Notes: generated by a model from the sequence alone, not told the origin. Positions 1 through 12,599 are shown, numbered from the stretch's first letter. The stretch: 64,000 nucleotides of DNA from Camelus dromedarius (GCF_036321535.1 NC_087436.1:63738001-63802000); one strand, 5' to 3'. Numbers and translations: made by a program.

Positions 1-234
1 TTAAAACAGTAATGGCATGAATGTCACCTTGTAGGAAAGTAAAAGCAGATAACTTGAATGTTTTATTTAATAACTAATAAAATGCACTGGACTCAATTCA
101 ATGAGTTGAATTTAAAAATAGGCCACAAATCATAAATAAATTAAATAAATAACAACTAAGTTCTGTAAAAGAAACATAGACTTTTCAGAATTCAGCATGC
201 AAAGTTTCTAACTTATCATTTATCAGTTTTCACC

Positions 235-900
235 CATATCTTTATTCAAGAAACATATATTGTTTACCTATGAGATCTAGAATACTATTGTGAGTGATGA
301 TAAAAACCAAAGATGAACTCCTGTATTAAACATGTAGCATCTTATAGGTATGATATCTGTCGTAATACAGGAAGATGCAATGAGCCTTGAGTCAGTAGAA
401 GCTTCTTCTAACTAGGAAAATCATGGAAGACTTTTAGGAAGAGATGACATTTGAGTTGGAACTTACATAAGATTTGGAATATTTGATGTAATGACTAAAG
501 CTTGGATCCCAATAAAGCACAGAAGCAAAAAAAAATATGGGATGTGTTTTGAGACTATTAATAAAGTAGGGAGAGGGGGAAAGGTCCTTAGGGAATGGTG
601 TAAGAACAAGCTTAAGTGTAAATTGGGCTTTGATCACAGAGAACCTGAAATGAAAATTTAGCCCTCACATGCAGTATGAACACAATTCCACATTTTAAGT
701 TTGAGAGGAATATGGCTGCCTGTATAATGGGAAACCTAATCTTATAATGACAGGTACACCAGTTATAAGACTATTAAAACTAAGTCAAGCTTGAACAAAG
801 GTGGCAAGAAAGGAAATGGAAGCAAGCTTGATTTAATGCTAAGTTTCAATATAGAATTAATATATTGGTAACTAGGTAATTGAAAATAAGGCTTAAGCCA
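235..900 (-). mobile_element. L2 LINE fossil (3' part, antisense)
   Basis: Begins with a decayed reverse L2 tail (tttattcaagaaacatatattg), followed by typical antisense-L2 purine-rich motifs (gaagagatgacatttgagttgga). Boundaries approximate. Confidence 0.65.
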
Positions 901-1139
901 AAGCAAGCCCAAGATTCTACAGCCAGGTAACTAACAACAATAAAAATAATACCAAACACTTTCTGAGAGGTTGCTAAATTTTAAGTGCCCTAAATGTATT
1001 CATTTATTTAATTCTCAGCCCACTCCTATGAAGCTAAGGAACTAACAAGAAATTAATAGAAATTAGAAAATTTAATGGGGGAATATATTTGAAGTGAAGG
1101 ATAATGGGTTCTGTTTTAATTTTGTGGTTTTAGATACAA

Positions 1140-1532
1140 TTTTAGTCAACATAGGATAAGTGATGCTGCAGAAAGTTATGTCCCATATTTTAGAAATCAA
1201 ACCCAATGAAAGTTTATTTTTCATATTCTTTAAATATCCCACACAGATTGTCTTGGGACTCTGTCTATACAGTCCCTGAGTGATAAAGCTTCTGCCCTCT
1301 TTTAGTTAAGATCTGAAACACAGGGCCTCTGACGGGCCCACAGAAGGAGAAAATAGGAATAGAGTGGGAACATGCTTTTGACTGCATCAGCCCAGACAGG
1401 ATAGGCATCATTTCCTCTCACAGTTTTCTGTACAGAACAAATCACATGGTTTTAACATACTAATTGCAAGGGAGGCTAGGATATGTAGGTGAGCACATGG
1501 GCTACTTGGTGAACATTACTATCTCTGCCACA
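1140..1532 (-). mobile_element. Old MaLR solo LTR (MLT1J/K/L-like)
   Basis: Motifs 'aatcacatgg...ctaattgcaagggaggctagg' and terminus 'atctctgccaca' resemble antisense MLT1. Confidence 0.65.
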
Positions 1533-1769
1533 GGTACCATCTGTTCCTTTAAAAGGCATAGGAGTGTAATAGAGATGGGGTCTGGAACTAAGTTAGACTT
1601 CCAAGCTAATTTTTCCAACTATGTGTTAAATTACTTACAGGTCCTGTATCCCACTATTTTCTTAATTGTACTTTACTCTTACACCATGCAATTGCATTTG
1701 CAGAAAATCCCTTCCCTTCCTTGTCTAAATAGTTAATCCCTATTCATTCTTCAAAATCAGTTCAATATA

Positions 1770-2260
1770 TTCAAGATACAGTGCTGTGGTAGTTGGTTAT
1801 CTACATTAAAGGGAAAATACTCATCTCAAATAAAAATAGATTCTGAGTAAAATAGAGTGAACATCTATTTAAAATATATTAAATTGTAGTTGAAAACATA
1901 AGTTAATATTTTGAGTATAGGTATAAGAATCACAAATAAAGATCAATTGATCTAACTATATAAATGTAAAATTTCTAGACCTAAAATATATTGAAAGATA
2001 AAAAGCAAACAAGGCAAAACATTTGCAAAAAAGTAAATCTTAAAAATATTTTACATCCCCAAAAGAAAAGTTACAAAGAACAAGTCAACTCACAAAATAC
2101 ATGTAAATAATCACAAGAAACCTTTAAAATAAAAAATTACTAATTATTAAAAAAATCTAAATGTACATAGCAATGAGGTTTACTTCTATACTGCTAAACT
2201 TGACATTGAGAATTCTCAACATAAGTAATGAAACTCTGACACTTTTTGTAATTATCATTA
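1770..2260 (+). mobile_element. Highly decayed L1M ORF2 3' fragment
   Basis: A-rich, with L1-like motifs (aaagatcaattgatctaactatataaatgtaaaatttct; aaaacatttgcaa). Confidence 0.5.
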
Positions 2261-2294
2261 CTAAAGAATGTTTTTGGAAGTTTTACTGAGTTTA

Positions 2295-3420
2295 TTAATT
2301 CATTCCACAAATATCTGCACATGTACTCTGCCCCTAATGCTGTTGTAGGCACTTGAGATAATAACAATTAAAATAATAATAATAGTAATCATCATCATCA
2401 TCATCCCTGCCTTCATGAAACTTACACTATAGTTGATTTCTTAGTTTGGGTTCTCTCAGAAGCAGATTCTGAATAAGGTATTTGAGTGCAAATAATTTGT
2501 TCAGGAGTAGATGACTTGAAAGATACAGTAGTGAGAGACTGAACTAGGAATAGAAAAACAACCAATCAATGATGAACCATTACGTCAATTTTGATGAAAG
2601 AGTGCCACTTAGTCTCATACAGAAAGTCTGGGAAGGAGTGTAAAAGGTAGGCTTGAAAATTAGCCATGTGAGGACTGAGAGAGCTTGCATATTCATGAAC
2701 CAACTTATGTGAGTTGTTGGAGAGCTGCTTTGGGGGCATAAGTTTCTCCACACATTCAGTCTGCCTCACACAGAACAGCCTTCTGCAGATCCAGAGGGAA
2801 GTCATAAAGCCCAGAGATGCAGAAACTGACACTTGGGCATGAGCAGGAATACAGTAAAATATCTACTAGGTTTAGGTAGGATGCTGACAGTTATGCTATG
2901 CTAAGAGAGATGATAAAGAACAAATATTATTTTTTAAAAAGTAAGTCACAAGTATGTTAGAAAGTGATCAATATCATTGGCAAAAAGAAAATAAATAGAA
3001 TAATGTTAAGAGTGGTTGATATTTCCAGGCAGAGAATGGACAGTTTCTAATATTTAAGTAGGAAGATGAGGGTAGATCCCACTGAGAGGGTAAGACATAT
3101 GCAAAGACTTGAAGGAGGCAGAAGAATCAACCAAACAGACATCTGTGTAGGATTATTATAGGCAGAAAGAACATTTGAGCAAAGGACCCATTGGATTTTG
3201 CCTGGAAAGTTTGAGCAACAGCAATAAGGCTAATGTAACTGAAATAATGGCAGCAGTGGGAGGAAAAGCAATGAGTTGGCTAGGAAAAGATAGTATGTGA
3301 ATTGTGTAGGACCTTAGAGTATTTGTAAAGCTTTTTACTGTAATTGAAATGGGGATTCATAGCAAGGTTTTGAGCAGAGGAGACATAAAATATTTTCTCT
3401 TACAAAACGATTGCTCTAGC
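2295..3420 (-). mobile_element. L2 fossil interrupted by an LTR at 2437-2900
   Basis: Reverse L2 tail 'attcattccacaaatatctgcac', 'ccctgccttcatgaaacttacac' and 'aaggttttgagcagagg'. Confidence 0.75.
2437..2900 (-). mobile_element. ERVL solo LTR (LTR33/LTR16-like)
   Basis: 'tcttagtttgggttctctcagaagcagattctgaataaggtatttgagtgcaaataatttg' is the reverse of the LTR33/16 U5 end. About 460 bp, nested in L2. Confidence 0.7.
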
Positions 3421-3855
3421 ATTTTCATTTCTGGTTATGAGAAAGTAACTGATGTCAGACTTACCCTACTGGAATAAACAAATAAAACACTAGACAAAAT
3501 AGATGAGGCAACTGTTTTCATACGTTGGAAAAGAGGCAGCACAAGGTCTTAATCCCTGAGAGAAAGGAAATTTGCAAGCTCACATAAAAACACTTAGGAA
3601 TGGATTTAATGAATGACAAGCGCAACCTCTACAGTGGAAACACTGTTAAGAGAAGTTAAAGGAAACCTAAATAGAGAAATATACCATGTTCATGGATTGT
3701 AAGACTCAATATTGTTGAGATATCAGTTTCTCCAAATTGATTCATACATTGTGATATAGTCCCAATTAAAAACCCAACACAAACTTTGGTAGCAATTTTG
3801 AAATAAATTCCAAGTTTATATAAAAATGCAAAGATCTAGCATAAACAAAACTACT

Positions 3856-4155
3856 TTTAAAATATATTCCCTAGCTTTATTGAGATATAAATGACATATA
3901 AAATTGTGTATTGTGTGTTTAAAGAATACAATATGATGAGTTGATGTATGTATACATTGCAAAATGATTACCACAGTAAGGTTAGTTAACACATGCATCA
4001 TCTAATATCATCACAATTTTTGTGTGTGTGTGTGTTGAAAACTTTAAAGTCTACTCTTAGTGACTTTCAAATATATAATACAGTATTATTAATTATAATC
4101 ATCTTGTTGCATATTACATCTCCAGAATGTATTCATCTTTTAACTGGAAAAAGTT
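3856..4155 (-). mobile_element. Nested L1MA9-like 3' end, antisense
   Basis: 'gctttattgagatataaatgacatataaaattg...aagtctactcttagtgactttcaaatatataatacagtattattaattata' is the reverse complement of the same 3'UTR type seen at 47700-47990. Confidence 0.85.

Positions 4156-4227
<72 letters not shown>
4156..4227. repeat. Compound microsatellite (TA)10(GA)26
   Basis: Read directly from the sequence. Confidence 0.97.
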
Positions 4228-4232
<5 letters not shown>

Positions 4233-7200
4233 TTTTCATTACCTGATTCAAGAATTTCTGAAAAGGTATTGTAATCACAAAGTGAAGTACTGGTATAAGG
4301 AGAGAAAAATAATTCTGTAGAACTAAATAGAGAGTTCAGAAACAGAACTTGCAGAAACTTGATTTTCATCAGAGGTGCAGTGCCATTCAGTAGGGAAAGG
4401 GAAATCAACAAATGAAACTGGAATAACTGGATATATACATAAAACAGGATAAACTGTAAGAGCTACATCACACTATATATAAAAATTAATTTGAAATTGA
4501 CCACAGACCTAACTATGAAAGATAAAAATGTAAACTTCTTGGTATATGAGAATAAATTCATGACCTTGGAGTAGGCAAAAATTTCCTTGAGAGGATACTG
4601 TAAGTTATAACCATTAAAAAAAAAAGGTAAATTGGGCTTTACTAAAGTTAAACACTCAAATTTCTATTATAGTGGTAGTACTTCGAAAACTAGCTATTTC
4701 ATCACCTTCACCATGCCTTAATAATTCAACTCTTAATTATTTACTCGAGGGAAATGAAGGCAGCTGTACACACAAAGAATTGTACAAAAATATTTATAGT
4801 TGCTTTATTCATAGGAGTCACAAACTAGAAACTACCCAAATGTCCAACAAATGAATGGACAATATAGGTAGTATATGTATATATTATAAGCAATTTACAA
4901 AATGAACTATTGATTCTGTCAACAGAAGCATCCCTAAAATATTATGTTAAATACAAAAAAGGAATGAACTATGATTCTGATTGAACTATAAATGTGATAA
5001 GAAGGAAAGAACTATCAGTACAATTGAATAATACATGTGATAAGAAGTCAGAAATGTCTGTGACCTAAATTCCCCTTAATTACAGACCTACGCAAGAGAG
5101 GCAGAAGATAGCTATGGAATACTGTATAATGTTCTTTCAGATCAAGTTTTCATAGTACAATGTTTCTCATCTCTGCACTCTAGATGTCATAGAAAGTACT
5201 GAACTACTTAAGAGAAGGGGAGAGTCATAAGTAGTTTGATTGCTTCCTCTCAGTATGACAATCCTTGCCGGGCTTCTGTGGTTGTCTGAAACCAACTCTG
5301 CCTCCTGAATGTCACTGAGGGGATGACCCAAGGAACATCTGTGTTCTTCTGCAGTTATGGGTGCAAACATGAAGGGTTTTAAAGAGAAAGGCAGGGAAAG
5401 GCCAGGTGGAGGAGACCCAAAAAGAATCAAGAGTAAGTGTTGAGTTTGGAAATTTGGGACTTTCTTGTACATGCTACTGTTTAACTCATTTCAACACAAT
5501 TCATATTTTGGTTGGCTTTTTTTTTTTTTAATAGAAAAAAAATGGAAGATATAATCTTCTTGGCTCATGAGCCTGCAATTCTTTGGCAAAGTTCTTATCA
5601 CAAAACTGAATTCCAGATGGACTATTGTGACTTTTTATACAAATAAATGACTGCTGAAGTTGGAAATAAAAATCTTAGTGAAGTCTTATTTATTGTGCTC
5701 ATACCTTTCATACCCATGTAATCATGCTTAAAAGGGGCAGCTTTGTTAGAAATTCAAATTTCCTTTATACCCATTATCTTCTACTTGCTCAACCAATGAC
5801 CCATAGTTAACGTAAATGATCCTAAACTCAAAGACAAAAGCTAATAAACAGGGTCTTTGGACCTTCCCTAAGGGTCCAAACTGAGCATATGCCTCACTAA
5901 AATCAAGAATTCTCCTATTCTTCCTGGTATACCATTCCAGGTATATTCTGTGGCTCTTCCTTCTGAGCTCAGAAGTCTCTAACTGGAGATGGGTCTCAAA
6001 TGCTTTTAATGACAATAACCTTGGTCTGCCCACAATTCCCTATATCTTTCAACTAAAAATCTTTATTATGTAAATCTTCAAGAGGAGGCCCACATTTAGG
6101 CAAATACGAGTCAGCTCTCTAAAACTAAATTCTTAAAGAAAAATAAAACCCACATGGAAAGAAAGACTCCAATGCCGCAGCTGCCTATAAAATCTGGGAA
6201 GTATGTTAAGTGGGTGTCCTTACAATGAGTTAGATGAAAACACAAACTGTGAACACAACAGGATTTGCTTTTGATTTCATGTAGTTTGGGCTGTTGCTAT
6301 TTTTAGGCCCACAGGTACACACACAGGTGCTGCATCAAGGAGCAGCTGAACCAGAAGGGGTCCAGGGTTTACTGGAGTGAATCAGTAAGGGTCATAGCTC
6401 CACAAACAGAACGCGGAAATGTCGGTAGCCTTGTTGTCACTGCTGAAGATTCCAGAGGCATGTTGTTGATCTTGTGATGCTTCTCTCTTTGTTGTTCATT
6501 ATATTTTGGGGAATGCAATGCTATTGTCATTAGTGAACAACATTCAATGTGATTTATTGTTTTTCTGTGGATATTGAGACTTTGGCTGCTGTGTATTATT
6601 GCCAAAAGCACCGGTTTCTATATATTTTGGCGTAGTCTGATGTTCCAAATGACCAGAACCAGAAAGGAGGAAAAATTGGGCCAAAAGTCTAGTGGGCTGT
6701 AAAAGGCGATTTTAATCTACAGTTAGAGGCTGAAAAAGTTCATCAAGATCATCCTCTTTTCTTGAAACAGAAAAGACTTTACTTCTCAGCTAATAAAAGA
6801 TTCTAAGGACTTTTAATTATCAGAATTGCTATCTGCCATCTCTTGTCACTCTCAAAGTGTCTACCCTCAGCAAACACTTACTAAATTTCTGCCTGTCCCT
6901 CTCCTCCTGCATGTACCTCCCTTAGTGAACATGTGATTTAAGGGCTCATCTTTCTCATTCTTTCTCTCTGTCTCTTTCATGCTCTTACACATACACACAC
7001 ACACACGATTCTGTTCAGAAACATTATAATATTTTCTGTTGAATATTGGTACTGTAGTATCAGCAGCTCTAACAACATTGTTCTAAAAAAAAGTTCACCT
7101 AGGAATATATATATGAATATATATCAGTAATTTCCTTTCACTATAAAAATACAGATTTCCCCTAGTCTTTGCATGTGCAACATCAAACTCCCCATGGCAT

Positions 7201-8521
7201 TGTTCTGGCTTTCCTCAAAAGGTGGCGGCAAATGCAGTGTTATCATCCCTTCTATTAACTGCTTGATATTGTGCTAGGCTAAGACATACTGCATGAGGGT
7301 GGGGATGGAGAATGGTGCCTGATCTTGGCCAGTGTGGATCCCATTACAGGGGATTAGGTTGACACTAATGGGGTTGATTCTGCAGCCTGTTCATCCTTTG
7401 TCTGCCAATAGTCAGAGGAGCAGCCAGAAACAGAATAGCTGAGTGCTCATGCCAAGACAACTGCAATCACTGAGGCTTACTGCTATCAGGGCCCCTTCAG
7501 AATAGAAGCAGAAGGGAGCTTAGACAAGGGGATGACAGCAGCAGGGTTTTCATGGTCACCTGGTAGGAAGGAGCCGAGAGTCTCAAGTGTCACACTCTGC
7601 TGTTAATGCCTCTTGTTTAGGTAGGGTTGAGTCTCAACCAAGTATGGCTCTCAGGCTATAAAGACTGATGTGGAGACAGGCCCGGAATTATCACAAGTTC
7701 AACAAATAATGTGTTCTCTTATGCTTAGGAAGGATTTTTCCTATATTTAGTGTGCCATAGATAAGACTGCATTCATATTTTTTTCCTTGGCCAAAAATCT
7801 GGCAAAGAGGTAGAAACTGTGCTCCAAATGGAAAGTTTCTATATATTTCCACATGAGCCTCCTTTGGTGCCAGGTGGTGCAGCCACAGCTGTTATCCATG
7901 GTAGAGACTGAGCCAATTACCAGAAACAGGAAAGAGGTAAAATTATGTCCAAAAGCTGCTCCTAAATGTTTAGTCCCCCAAATGCTCAGAACAGTTTGAT
8001 GGTCTATAGTCTTTCATTTATTTTCTAAGAGAAAAAAAAGAAGCACTTTTTCAAAATCAGTAACAGTGTCTTGATTAAACAGCTAGCATTTTAGGTTTAG
8101 GTCCTTAGATGTCACTATATTGTTGTCCCACCTGCCTCACCTTGACGACAGAGTCAAAACTACAATACTATCATGTAGTACTTATTCAAATAAGAACAAA
8201 AGGTTAACAGTATTAGAAATAAACATTTTTAATGTTTTTTAAATGTTTATTATGTGCTAACTACTTTACAAAGTACTTCAAAAATTCATTATTTGTGTAT
8301 TTAATTTTGGATCTAAATATTGACAAATTTGCAGTTATTTCCTGGAAAATTCCTCTAAATTTCTGACCCCTCCACTCAGTACCTGGTATCAGTCATCAAA
8401 ACCATGACAAAACACTTTTTTTTTCTATGATGTAAAGGGTATTATTCACGTATAATTGAATAAGATTGTGAGGCAAAGTCTCTGACATCCAGAGGCTAGC
8501 ATTTCAAATAAGAATTTATGC

Positions 8522-9715
8522 AATGTTGTCCTAGGGCAGTCTACCCAGGCAATAGAAATAAAAGCAAAAATAAATAAATGGGGCCTAGTTAAACTTATAA
8601 ACTTTTGCACAGCAAAGGAAACCATAAGCAAAACAAAAAGACAACCTACAGAGTGGGAGAAAATATTTGCAAAAGATGAGACTGACAAGGGCTTAATTTC
8701 CAGAATATATAAACAGCTCATACAACTTACTAACAAAAGAACAAACAACCCAATCCAAAAATGGGCAGAAGACCTAAACAAGAAATTCTTGAATGAAGAA
8801 ATACAAAAGGCTAATAGGCCCATGAAAAAATGCTCAGTATCACTAATTATCAGAGAAATGCAAATCAAAACTACAATGAGCTCTCACCTCACATCAGTCA
8901 GAACAGCCATCATTCAAAAGTCTATGAAGCATGAATGCTGGAGAGGCTTTGGAGAAAAGGGAACCCTCCTACACTTTTGATGGGAATGTAGTTTGGTGCA
9001 GCCATTATGGAAAACAGTATGCAGATTCCTCAAAAACTAAAAATAGACTTGCCATATGATCAGCAATCCCACCCTTGGGCATATACCCAGAGGAAACTTT
9101 AATTCAAAAAGATATATGCACTTCAGTGTTCATAGAAGCACTATACAATAGCCAAGACATAGAAGCAACCTAACTGTCCATCGACAGATGAGTAGATAAA
9201 GAAGTTGTGGTATATTTATACAATGGAATATTACTCAGCAATAAAAAAAATTTTTAAATGCCATCTGCAGCAACATGGATGGACCTGGAGATCATCATTC
9301 TAAGTGAAGTAAGCCAGAACGAAAAAGAAAAATACCATATGATATCACTCATATGTGGAATCTAAAAAAAAAAAAAAAAAGAAGGAAAAGAAAAAAGAGG
9401 ACACTAATGAACTCATCTACAAAACAGAAACAGACCTGCAGACATAGTAAACAATTTTATGGTTACCAGGTAAAAGAAGATGGGAAGGGATAAATTTGGG
9501 AGTTTTGAGATTTGCAAAGGTTAACCAATATATATTTAAATAGATTTAAAAAAAAACAAATTTCTTCTCTATAGCACAGAGAACTACATTCAATACTTTA
9601 TCATGAAAAAGAATATGAAAATAAACATATGTGTATGTATGCATGTCTGGGACATTATGCTGTACACCAGAAACTGACATGTTGTAACTGACTATACTTC
9701 AATTAAAAAAAAAAA
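8522..9715 (+). mobile_element. 5'-truncated camelid-type L1 (ORF2 C-terminus, 3'UTR, polyA)
   Basis: ORF 8789-8980 gives ORF2p-like '[22 protein letters not shown]...[12 protein letters not shown]'. Ends 'gactatacttcaatt(A)n'. Imperfect TSD aagaatttatgc (8510-8521) / aagaattcacac (9716-9727). Confidence 0.95.
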
Positions 9716-10418
9716 AAGAATTCACACTATACCCACAGTTCAAAATGGTATATGTCTATATGCATTTCAATAAGGAGAGATGCTAAATAAGACTGTATTT
9801 GTAATCCTTGCATTTGAAGTGAGAAGGAATGAACACAGTCAACAAAAGGTTAATAACGTGCCTTGACTCTGTCTTACACAATTTAATTTTTTAACATGCA
9901 TCTACATAATTTTTATTAATGTAGCAACTTCTGTTTCTCAAAATACTTTTAGTTGGATGATCTTCTATTTTTGTCAAAACACATGTTCATGTAAGTAGAG
10001 CAAGAATAATTATTTTACTGTTTTAGAAGAAGAAACAAACAAATAGAAATTAAACATACTTGTGTAAATTTGGAAACAACCCATACTACTGATTTATTTT
10101 TAATGATATAATCTCTTCATCATGTTTTGTTCTGAACTGCACTCTTATTAGAACATATGCCACTCATGACTCTGCCTGGTCTACAATGAAGAAACTCATC
10201 AGGCAATTCGAGAATATATGAATGTGTGGCTGGAATTAGATTACTATAAAGAAATAGGCTTTTTCAGTAAAGAATTGAAATTTGTGTCTTTGGGATCAAC
10301 ATTAGAGGGCCACTTAACTTTTTTCTTCTGTAACCCAAGGGCTCTATTAGAAACTGAACTATAGCCTCGTCTGTGCCTTACACATTTTAACTAGCCAGGG
10401 CCATTGATCCAGTCCTAC

Positions 10419-11026
10419 TTTGCTAGTCAGAATCTAGTCAGGAAATAGAGGCTGCACAAGTTATGTCAACAGAGAATTTAATATTAATAACTGTTAATCA
10501 GGTATTAAAGAACTAAAAAGGAAAAAAGAAACTCATAAAGTAGTAACTGCAGGAAGCTAACCCAGGGCTGTGAGAAAAAAAGACTGGAATTATTTAAGTT
10601 TAGAATCTTGGACAAGGGGTCTTGGTGGAACTGGGACTCGGATCTCTAAGAAGGTAGCACTACTCAGGAATTACTGGAGCCTCAGGAACTCAGAGGAAGA
10701 AACTAAGGAGTTGAGAGTCAGAACTCAGAAAAGGATGTCTCTAATGAGGCTGGTTCTAGGAATTCTAAGAAAACCAGTATCTGGAATGTGCTGCTTCGCC
10801 AACTGCCGCCATTTGGTGAAGTGCTGCATAAGAGACTCAGACAGGAACCAAAAATGTCTTCTGCCTCCAGCCCTCTGTCTCCCTGCAGCACCCCCACTGG
10901 CAGAACTCAGCAAGAACCAACTGGCAAAGGAGAAAAGATGATTTGCAGCATCTCAGCCCCAGCATTACGAAGCAGAACATGAAAGGGTAGGTTTGAAGCT
11001 GAGACACTAATTTAATAAGTGTCACA
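10419..11026 (-). mobile_element. Old solo LTR (LTR78/LTR79-like)
   Basis: Termini 'tgctagtcagaatctagtcaggaaatag' and 'gggtaggtttgaagctgagacactaatttaataagtgtcaca'. Minus-strand ATTAAA near the left end. Confidence 0.7.
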
Positions 11027-11162
11027 CATAAAGAGAACTTAAAAACATAATGAAAAATCTTCTGTGAGGTTGTTTCACCTGTATTTATTCTCCCAGTTTC
11101 ATAGAGGGAGTCTCAAATTTGAAGCTACATGTATAGGAACATAAAATATTTATTCATGAATT

Positions 11163-11338
11163 CCAGTTGTTTTCAACCCTGGGTAAAGATAACCCCTGAA
11201 GTACTTAAAAAAAAAAAAAATGCCAGGGTCCACTCTGAATAAACTAAATCAGAACTTTTAGAAGTCAAATCTAAATATTACTGTGTTTTTATAACCTAAA
11301 AGGTGATTTTCATGTTCAACCTAAGTTAAGAATTATTC
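11163..11338. mobile_element. MER5-like hAT-Charlie fossil
   Basis: 'cagttgttttcaaccctgg...aaatcagaact...aggtgattttcatgttcaacctaagttaagaatt'. Confidence 0.7.
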
Positions 11339-11749
11339 ATTAAGCTAGATCAAAAGAAGAAATAAATTGGCAACAAAAACGAGACCTCAAAAATAAATAA
11401 TAAATAATTCAACCTCAATAATAAAGAAAATTCATACTGTACAAGACATTATTTTTTACCTAACAGGTTGACAGTATTTATTTTTAATGTAATCCTTTTT
11501 TACTTGACAAATGTTTGAAAATCAGACTCTTCTTCCACTGAATTAAAATTAAAGGCAATAACTTTCAAATAAAGTTAGCTATTTGTTACAGGAAACAAAC
11601 TTTTTTACAGTTTGGTCTAGGAATTCTAGGAATTTTAGGAATTCATTCCAAGACTGTTCATTTATTTATTTACCATATATTTACCATATATTACTGAAAT
11701 ATTATGTGCTTGATGGAGTTAGAAGAACTGGGAACATGCCAGGAGAAAA

Positions 11750-11851
11750 TGTGAAGGAAAAGCTGGGCTGGTCTAACAAGATAACTCACAGGTCTAGGAA
11801 TGTGAAGGAGAGGCTGGGCTGGGCTAACAAGATAACTCACAAATCTAAGTA
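11750..11851 (+). repeat. 51-bp tandem duplication at the LTR 5' end
   Basis: Units start at 11750 and 11801; 44/51 identical. Confidence 0.95.
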
Positions 11852-12214
11852 TTGGAATACTGATCTGAGTTCTGCTGGACTAACTTGTAAATCTAGGTTA
11901 ATTTGTGTTGGTTTGCTGTTCATGTTTTTTTGCTAGCCAGCTGGGTTTTCAAAGATACATATCTGGCTTTGGAATGTTGGTTTGCTGCCTCCCTGCCTCC
12001 ACTTTTGTGATGATGATGCTGCTAAAGCTGTTCTTTGCCTATTGGCCGAATACCCCAAGCTTGTACTTTACCCTATAAAACCTCATGTGCACATCTTGAA
12101 GGTGCTCAGAGCTTCGGAGCAGAAGCCCCTCTGAGCCCGCCGGCATAATACATCTGAGTACTCCAACCCCCCGAGTGGTGCTTGTTTCTTGACTGGCCTG
12201 TCGTTTCCGTAACA
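11750..12214 (+). mobile_element. ERV1-class solo LTR (relatively young)
   Basis: TG...CA ends, 4-bp TSD AAAA, ATTGG (~12041), TATA-like 'cctataaaa' (~12072), polyA-like AATACA (~12147), retained CpGs. Confidence 0.8.
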
Positions 12215-12599
12215 AAAACAAAGATAATATCATGACTAATACGGAATTTGTATTCAAGAGGGCAGGGGCAGAAAACTGCATGAATATACATAATCAGATA
12301 ATACAGTACTTTAATAAAAATCAATTCAAATAATGGGTGCAGAATGAAGTTACTTGAGGCAGGATAGTTAGGGATAGCCTCTGAAGAGCTGATATTTATA
12401 GAGTCAAATCCAAACAAATTTGTCATAGTTGAACAGGAAGAAGTTCCATGTGGCCAAATACAACAAAGGGTGAAAGAGATAGAAAACAAAGTCAGAGTTT
12501 TTCAGAAACCACTTCAAGTAGAGCCTTAAAGGCCACCATAACAAGGAGTCTGAACTTAGCTCGAAGTCCAGTGAAGAGTAATTTGGAGAGATATAAGGG

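Larger units (their letters stand above)
3421..5050 (+). mobile_element. Old L1 (L1MC/MD-like): putative 5' end (3421-3578) fused to ORF2 3' part and 3'UTR
   Basis: From 3579 on, clear ORF2 similarity (ataccatgttcatggattgtaagactcaatattgtt). 3421-3578 resembles an L1M 5'-end consensus as I recall it. Split by a nested L1 and a microsatellite. Confidence 0.75.

Noticed and set aside
3993..4411. ER-repeat and SL-repeat proteins
   Set aside because: Translations of the (TA)n(GA)n microsatellite.
11584..12214. Alternative LTR start at 11584 (tgttacaggaaac, near-inverse of the LTR end gtttccgtaaca)
   Set aside because: No matching TSD, and 11584-11749 reads as old L1 then L2. The 11750 start has a TSD and restores L2 collinearity.
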